Assembly: GCA_026982145.1 (NCBI GenBank)
Contig: JALSHQ010000393.1
Span: 1-39,433 of the forward strand
Reading direction: 5' to 3'
DNA: 39,433 nucleotides
DNA from: Gammaproteobacteria bacterium
GTDB lineage: Bacteria > Pseudomonadota > Gammaproteobacteria > SZUA-140
Under the pieces are notes generated by a model, which did not search any database, was not told where the DNA came from, and saw only the letters and a list, made by a program, of their open reading frames with translations. Within the stretch, counting starts at the first letter, position 1. The number at the start of each line of letters is the position of its first letter. Below, piece by piece: positions 34,752 to 39,433 of the stretch. The position numbers were made by a program, and so were the translations under genes.

Positions 34752-36032
34752 GTGGAGACGCAACAACTGATCGCGCTGGACAATCAGCATGTTTGGCACG
34801 CCTATAGCGCCATCGGTGCTGATCTGCCCATCTTTCCTGTAGCCTCTGCAAATGGGGTGCACCTCAAACTTGCTGATGGCCGTGAATTGATCGACGGTAT
34901 GTCGTCGTGGTGGTCGGCAATTCACGGTTATAACCATCCGGTGATGAATGCAGCACTGCGGGCACAGATCGAAAAAATGTCGCATGTGATGTTTGGCGGG
35001 CTGACCCACGAGCCCGCCGTTGAACTCGCCACGCGCTTGGTTGAATTAACCCCCGCCCCGCTACAGACCGTCTTTTTTTCTGACTCCGGTTCGGTGGCGG
35101 TTGAAGTGGCGATGAAGATGGCGATTCAATACTGGCATGCCAAAGGGCAACCCACTAAGCAGCGTTTTCTCACGTTACGCAACGGCTATCACGGCGATAC
35201 CTTTGGTGCGATGTCGGTGTGTGACCCGGTGACGGGCATGCACTCACTGTTTAGTGAGGTGCTCGCTCAGCAATATTTTGTCGATGCACCCACTTGCCGT
35301 TTTGGTGAGATGAGTGGTGGTGATGAGATCGAACCCCTTAAACAGCAGCTCGAACAACATGGTGCTCAGATCGCAGCGGTCATTTTAGAACCCATCGTTC
35401 AAGCAACGGGGGGGATGAACTTCTACTCGGCCGACTACCTGCGGCGCGTGCGAGCATTGTGTGATGAATTTAATGTGCTATTGATTTGCGATGAGATCGC
35501 CACCGGCTTTGGCCGCACCGGCAAGCTGTTTGCCTGTGAACATGCGGGCATCTCACCGGATATTATGTGTTTGGGAAAAGCGTTGACCGGTGGGTATCTC
35601 ACCCTTGCCGCGACACTGACGACTGAAAAAGTCAGCGGCACGATTAGCCAGAGTGAACCGGGGCTGTTTATGCACGGCCCCACTTTTATGGCGAACCCGC
35701 TAGCGTGCAGCGCCGCACTGGCCAGCCTCAAGTTACTGACAGAATCGGATTGGTCAGCTAACGTTTTACGCATTGAGTTGGGGCTGAAGAGCGGCCTTGC
35801 ACCTTGTTGCGAACTCGCTGCGGTGGCCGATGTGCGTGTGCTGGGTGGGATTGGTGTGGTTGAGCTAAACGAGCCGGTCGAGATGAAAACGATCCAGCCA
35901 CTGTTTGTCGAGCATGGGGTGTGGGTGCGGCCGTTTGGCAGGCTGGTCTATCTGATGCCGCCTTATGTGATCTCGGATGAGGATTTGGTTGAGTTGTCGG
36001 CAGCGGTGGTGAGGGTGGTTGAATCGTTGTAG
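34752..36032 (+). CDS. bioA: Adenosylmethionine-8-amino-7-oxononanoate aminotransferase
   Basis: SSWWSAIHGYNHPVMNAALRAQIEKMSHVMFGGLTHEPAVELA is nearly collinear with E. coli BioA. PLP-region strings are DEIATGFGRTGKLFA and the lysine context CLGKALTGG. GTG start. Confidence 0.95.
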   Translation: METQQLIALDNQHVWHAYSAIGADLPIFPVASANGVHLKLADGRELIDGMSSWWSAIHGYNHPVMNAALRAQIEKMSHVMFGGLTHEPAVELATRLVELTPAPLQTVFFSDSGSVAVEVAMKMAIQYWHAKGQPTKQRFLTLRNGYHGDTFGAMSVCDPVTGMHSLFSEVLAQQYFVDAPTCRFGEMSGGDEIEPLKQQLEQHGAQIAAVILEPIVQATGGMNFYSADYLRRVRALCDEFNVLLICDEIATGFGRTGKLFACEHAGISPDIMCLGKALTGGYLTLAATLTTEKVSGTISQSEPGLFMHGPTFMANPLACSAALASLKLLTESDWSANVLRIELGLKSGLAPCCELAAVADVRVLGGIGVVELNEPVEMKTIQPLFVEHGVWVRPFGRLVYLMPPYVISDEDLVELSAAVVRVVESL

Positions 36033-36055
36033 CCTCTTTGATCGGCTCTCGAAAA

Positions 36056-36073
36056 TTGCGCAATAATGCGCAA
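36056..36073 (-). terminator. Palindromic hairpin TTGCGCA-ATAA-TGCGCAA between convergent bioA and the wHTH gene
   Basis: A perfect 7-bp stem. On the minus strand it is followed by TTTT (the AAAA at 36052-36055 on the plus strand), which fits an intrinsic terminator for the minus-strand gene. It lies 24 nt after the bioA stop, so it may act bidirectionally. Confidence 0.5.
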
Positions 36074-36140
36074 GAAACATAAAATACAGTTGCGCATTTA
36101 CATGGAAAATTTGCTTTTGATGTTGTTAAGCTAGGTGATA

Positions 36141-36350
36141 CTAGGTGGCGCGGGCCTTACCTCGGCGCTGAATATGCCCGGCATTAACCAATTCTCGCAA
36201 GCGCAGTTTTAACGTATTCTTGTTGCCAGCGGTCATCTTAGCCATCTGTGCAATGGTTAAGCGCTCATGCTGCTGGAGCAGCGCTAAGATGCTAACGGAT
36301 AGCAGTGGTAGTTCCACGTTACTTATCGTTTTTTTCTGCTCTACTTTCAT
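36141..36350 (-). CDS. Small winged-helix DNA-binding protein (~69 aa)
   Basis: LSVSILALLQQHERLTIAQMAKMTAGNKNTLKLRLRELVNAGHIQRRGKARAT reads as helix, HTH and a basic wing. The start is set at the ATG at 36350 (Met43 of the track ORF). The track ORF begins at a TTG at 36476 with a Lys/Arg-rich extension, and I cannot decide between the two. Confidence 0.55.
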   Translation of the reverse strand: MKVEQKKTISNVELPLLSVSILALLQQHERLTIAQMAKMTAGNKNTLKLRLRELVNAGHIQRRGKARAT

Positions 36351-36701
36351 GGCGAGGTTAGTTTTCTGTTTTTTCAAGCAGCGTAGAAAAAGCCCAGCTA
36401 GGGTTCCCAGTCTGGAGAATCCTCTTTTAATGTTGTTTGTATCTCGCCAATCTTTGGGCTTTCCTTTTCCACCCAAAACAGCGTCGGATTATTTTACACT
36501 TTTGCCGTGCCGCTCGCCCTAATATAACTAATTGAATGTGTTAAATAAGTACTCGCTGGCGTGGTATTTGCATTATCTTTGTCGGGGTAATGAATCGTCT
36601 CTTGCTTATATTCAGGTTAAGAAATAGGCCGTCGCGAACAGTTTCGTATTTTATTTGGGGGGAGTATCGTTGCGGTTAAGTTAACTCGGGTTTATCTGTC
36701 T

Positions 36702-37355
36702 GTGCTGGGGTTGAGCGCTCTGTTGTTGGTGGGTTGTGGCGGTGGCGGTGATGGTTCACCTTCTGAGGGTAATAATTTAACAACGGCGGCCATACAGACA
36801 ATCCTCCTCTCTATTTTTCAGGAGGCGGACGTGGTGGTTGGCCAGACCGATTTTACCAGCGGGGATGCAAACCAGGGCGGCACTGCCCCCGCAGCCAATA
36901 CCATTAATGCACCCTACGGTAATCCCGGTGCCAATAACGGGGTGCTCTATCTGCCTGATTATGGTAATGAGCGCTTGTTGGGTTATAACGCCATTCCCTC
37001 AGTCAACAATATGAATGCTGATTTTGTACTGGGTCAAGTAGATTTTACCAGTGACGTGAACGGGGTGAGTGCGACAGCGTTTAATGGCACTCAAACGGTA
37101 TTTTTGACCAGGGCAAGATGTTCGTGGTCGCATGTGGATGAAAAAGGGTACACTCTGCGGTCAATCGTCGCGGGTGATCGGATCCGCCGCAAACCCCTCG
37201 TCCACCCCCAGCGCAACCGGCCTGAAAACATCCACCTTGCGGAAGAACTGATCGACAATATAGATGCGCCCATCTTCATCAACATCGATGCCGGAGGGGA
37301 GCATGTAGCTGCCGGGGATGCCGGACTGGCCGCGTTGCCCCATAAACATCAGTAG
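36702..37355 (+). pseudogene. Probable 3'-truncated NHL-like lipoprotein gene remnant
   Basis: N-terminal lipobox (LSALLLVGCGGGG), then two copies of a GQxDFTS motif (VVGQTDFTSGDAN..., VLGQVDFTSDVNG...) separated by an NHL-like VLYLPDYGNERLLGY blade. After about aa 136 (nt ~37110) the composition turns R/H/W/C-rich. The frame then runs 195 nt antisense into the convergent NHL gene (37161..38276). Confidence 0.4.
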
Positions 37356-38276
37356 CTCACCTTTGTTGTTAAAAATTTGTATGTTGCCAAAGGCGCTGTC
37401 GACGACGTAGATGTTGCCTGCGGCATCGGTGGCGATCCCTTTCGGGCGTGAGAACTGGCCGGGGTAGCGGCCGATAGCACCGAAGGAAAATTTAAAACTA
37501 TCGTCACTGTTAAAAGCTTGTACGCGGAAGTTGCCGCCATCAACCACATACCAGTTGCCGTCTTGGTGGGTGGCGATCTGAAGTGGCAAATTGAATTCAT
37601 TCTCTTTAGTGCCGCGCTGGCCGATGGTTTTGATCACCTCCCCTGTTGCGAGGTCAAACACGACAATATTATGGGTGTTACTCTCAACGCCGCCAGTATC
37701 CACCACATAAAGGCGCGTGCCGTCACTGCTGACGGTGAGATCCGTAGGGCGGGTGAAAACCTCCCGGCTGCCCATGCGGCGTATAAACTCGCCGTTGGCG
37801 TCATACTCCATGATGCGCAGGGCGCTGATATCAGCCACGAAAATATGACCATTGGCCGCGACATCGATCCCCAGCGGTTTGCTGAGTAGCCCCGGTTTGG
37901 TGGTGCCGATCAGACGGAATTTTTTGCCAGGGATATCAAACAGCACGACGGCACGTTGCACGGAGTCGCTAACATAGACCTTACCCTGATGCACGGCAAC
38001 ATCAAACGGTTTGACCATGCCGCGGGTTGGGCGCGCCTCACCGGTGGCAAACAGGCGAAATTTGTCTCGGCCGCTGAGCGCTTCGATATCATCGTTGTAG
38101 AGCAGGGTGCGTTCAAAGATGAAGCGGGGGTCAGCCGGCGCAGGGGGATAAACCGGCGGCTCAAAAGGGACGGCAGGTTTGGGTGTCGTGGTGCAACCCA
38201 CTAGCAAGAGCAGCGACAGTGCGGTGATGAGCGTTGTGATGCGCAAGCGGGTTGCGCCTCTTATTTGATATGGCAT
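37161..38276 (-). CDS. NHL-repeat beta-propeller lipoprotein (paralogue of 2562..3638)
   Basis: Lipobox LSLLLLVGCTTTP. NHL blades are present: KPFDVAVHQGKVYVSDSVQRAVVLF, KPLGIDVAANGHIFVADISALRIMEY, SRPKGIATDAAGNIYVVDSAFGNIQIF and MLPSGIDVDEDGRIYIVDQFFRKVDVF. The start overlaps the upstream cytochrome gene by 16 nt. Confidence 0.9.
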   Translation of the reverse strand: MPYQIRGATRLRITTLITALSLLLLVGCTTTPKPAVPFEPPVYPPAPADPRFIFERTLLYNDDIEALSGRDKFRLFATGEARPTRGMVKPFDVAVHQGKVYVSDSVQRAVVLFDIPGKKFRLIGTTKPGLLSKPLGIDVAANGHIFVADISALRIMEYDANGEFIRRMGSREVFTRPTDLTVSSDGTRLYVVDTGGVESNTHNIVVFDLATGEVIKTIGQRGTKENEFNLPLQIATHQDGNWYVVDGGNFRVQAFNSDDSFKFSFGAIGRYPGQFSRPKGIATDAAGNIYVVDSAFGNIQIFNNKGELLMFMGQRGQSGIPGSYMLPSGIDVDEDGRIYIVDQFFRKVDVFRPVALGVDEGFAADPITRDD

Positions 38277-39025
38277 GTTTCACACAACCGGTCGGCGCGG
38301 TCGCGCAGCAACACCTGAATATCCGGGTTGTGTACGTTATGGCAGGAGGCGCACTCAACCCTTTCGTCATAGAGCTTGACCCCGTTGTCGAAACCGTAGG
38401 GGCTGTCGGGTTGCCTGAAATCGAGATCTTTGGAGCTCAGCCCGGCGTAGCGCATTGAAATGGGGTGGTCGTTGGTGAGATCGGTGCCGATGTGTTTGAT
38501 CGCAATGTTATGTGCGACACGCCCGTTGTGGCATTTGCCGCAGCTCATGGTGTCGTTAGCACCGTTGATGCTGAGGTGCATCGCGGCATCTTCGCTGCTG
38601 CGCCAGCCATTGGGGCGGAAGACCGTCATATCGACCCCCATCGTGCCGTCGTGGCATGAGAGGCATAGCAGGCTGATGGGGCTGGGGGCGTATACCTTAT
38701 TATCGAGCGTGCGACTGTCGTAGAGGTCGTAACTGTGTTCAGTGGCCGGGCGAAAACGGTTCCACCCTTCAATGCCGCCAAAAGGGGTGGAGTCTGCGCC
38801 ATCTTGTTCGGGCGGAATATGGCAATAGACGCACGACGAGCCGTAATCGGAAAAGGCGAGCCCGGCCATGGCAGCAACGCCGACGCGCTGATTCAAACCG
38901 GTAAAATCATGCTTGGTACCGAGGATGGTGTTGGTGCCTTCGGCAGCACTTGCAGGCAGCGACACAGTGCATCCCAACAAGAGGATGGCGAGCAGATGAA
39001 TAAATTGGCTAAGTCGCTGTTTCAC
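38261..39025 (-). CDS. Pentahaem c-type cytochrome, possibly a lipoprotein
   Basis: Five CXXCH motifs: CVYCH, CLSCH, CGKCH, CASCH and CETCH. The start is set at the GTG at 39025 (Val42 of the track ORF), which has AAGGA 9-10 nt upstream. This gives the signal VKQRLSQFIHLLAILLLGC (lipobox-like LLGC); ASA/AE is an alternative cleavage site. Confidence 0.85.
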   Translation of the reverse strand: MKQRLSQFIHLLAILLLGCTVSLPASAAEGTNTILGTKHDFTGLNQRVGVAAMAGLAFSDYGSSCVYCHIPPEQDGADSTPFGGIEGWNRFRPATEHSYDLYDSRTLDNKVYAPSPISLLCLSCHDGTMGVDMTVFRPNGWRSSEDAAMHLSINGANDTMSCGKCHNGRVAHNIAIKHIGTDLTNDHPISMRYAGLSSKDLDFRQPDSPYGFDNGVKLYDERVECASCHNVHNPDIQVLLRDRADRLCETCHIK

Positions 39026-39190
39026 GTAATTTATATCCTTGAGCGGCTGTGGTGACAGAGTTTCAGGCTGCTCAGGATCCCCCGGTTGCACTACGTTTAT
39101 TATGCAGTCTCCGCTGCTTACTCTATTGAATAAGAATAAAGCTATCATTGGCGTGGCGCAACTATTTGTTTTGCGTCACAATACAGGGCT

Positions 39191-39433
39191 ATGAAAGGAC
39201 AGAAATTTTACAAGGTTTACTCACGATTATTGGCAGGGGCATTGATTTCACTGCTGCTTTCATCGCAGGCTGCTCAGGCGATGCCGGGCATGACGGCAGC
39301 TGAGGCAACGGGCGAGGCGCGCCCCTCGGTAGCCGAGGCAGCGGTGTTTGCGGATTACGAGCCGATTTATCGCCAGCATTGCGCGGTCTGCCATGGCGAT
39401 AAAGGGGATGGCAAGAGTCGCGCCCAACACGGG
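39191..39433 (+). CDS. c-type cytochrome (class I-like haem domain), 3' end outside the window
   Basis: This ORF is not in the track because it is open-ended. The ATG at 39191 is followed by 81 codons with no stop to the window edge. Signal peptide YSRLLAGALISLLLSSQAAQA, then IYRQHCAVCHGDKGDGKS (CXXCH). AGGG lies 4-7 nt upstream. Confidence 0.75.
   Translation, partial: MKGQKFYKVYSRLLAGALISLLLSSQAAQAMPGMTAAEATGEARPSVAEAAVFADYEPIYRQHCAVCHGDKGDGKSRAQHG

Noticed and set aside
34752-36032. bioA standing alone without bioBFCD.
   Set aside because: A split bio locus is common in many proteobacteria. I could not find a BirA-operator-like sequence upstream, and nothing here is unusual.
36056-36073. 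TTGCG...CGCAA read as an FNR/Dnr/NnrR-type box.
   Set aside because: Those boxes have 5-bp arms with a 4-nt spacer. Here the TTGCG/CGCAA arms are 8 nt apart, and the site lies between two convergent 3' ends, where a terminator is the simpler reading.
36351-36476. A 42-codon Lys/Arg-rich N-terminal extension of the wHTH ORF, from a TTG start.
   Set aside because: The wHTH fold is complete from the ATG at 36350, and the extension has no SD or fold logic. It is kept only as an alternative in the feature note.
1-39433. Search for CRISPR arrays, tRNA/rRNA genes, transposases, integrases, phage genes, toxin-antitoxin pairs or known defence-system signatures.
   Set aside because: I found no direct-repeat/spacer pattern, no cloverleaf-like or rRNA-like conserved strings, and no ORF with recombinase, nuclease or defence-type motifs. 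The MoxR-VWA operon matches the Bat architecture rather than a defence system.

Overview
This 39.4 kb chromosomal window looks proteobacterial, probably gammaproteobacterial, judging by the Ccm, BioA and DsbA protein sequences. I saw no rRNA, tRNA, CRISPR array, transposase or integrase. The window is dominated by c-type cytochrome biology. By hand count there are 22 CXXCH haem motifs in six genes (3 + 11 + 1 + 1 + 5 + 1).

Layout:
1. nt 1-9661 (+): a tightly coupled operon. It encodes a helical protein of unknown function, a c7-type trihaem cytochrome, two NHL beta-propeller lipoproteins, an 11-haem cytochrome, a private System II haem-attachment pair (ResB/CcsB and CcsA), a membrane-anchored TPR protein and a DsbA-like oxidoreductase.
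2. nt 9687-13404 (-): a CHASE-PAS-GGDEF-EAL c-di-GMP protein with an overlapping periplasmic binding-protein partner.
3. nt 13862-20658 (-): a MoxR / DUF58 / DUF4381 / BatA / BatB-C / BatD operon.
4. nt 21186-28362 (+): a complete System I ccmABCDEFGHI operon. It runs on without a break into a TlpA-like thioredoxin lipoprotein, a monohaem cytochrome c and two paralogous stand-alone Reg_prop beta-propeller proteins (to 31983).
5. nt 32184-34652 (+): a GGDEF-EAL protein whose periplasmic sensor domain carries a CXXCH haem motif.
6. nt 34752-36032 (+): bioA.
7. nt 36141-39433: a small winged-helix protein, a truncated NHL-like lipoprotein remnant, a second NHL lipoprotein plus pentahaem cytochrome pair (-), and the 5' part of another cytochrome c (+).

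The best candidate for an uncharacterised system is the multihaem-cytochrome / NHL-propeller / dedicated System II module, which is present in a large and a small version. The cytochrome c plus double-propeller extension of the ccm operon comes second. All functional calls rest on motif recognition by eye; no database search was run.
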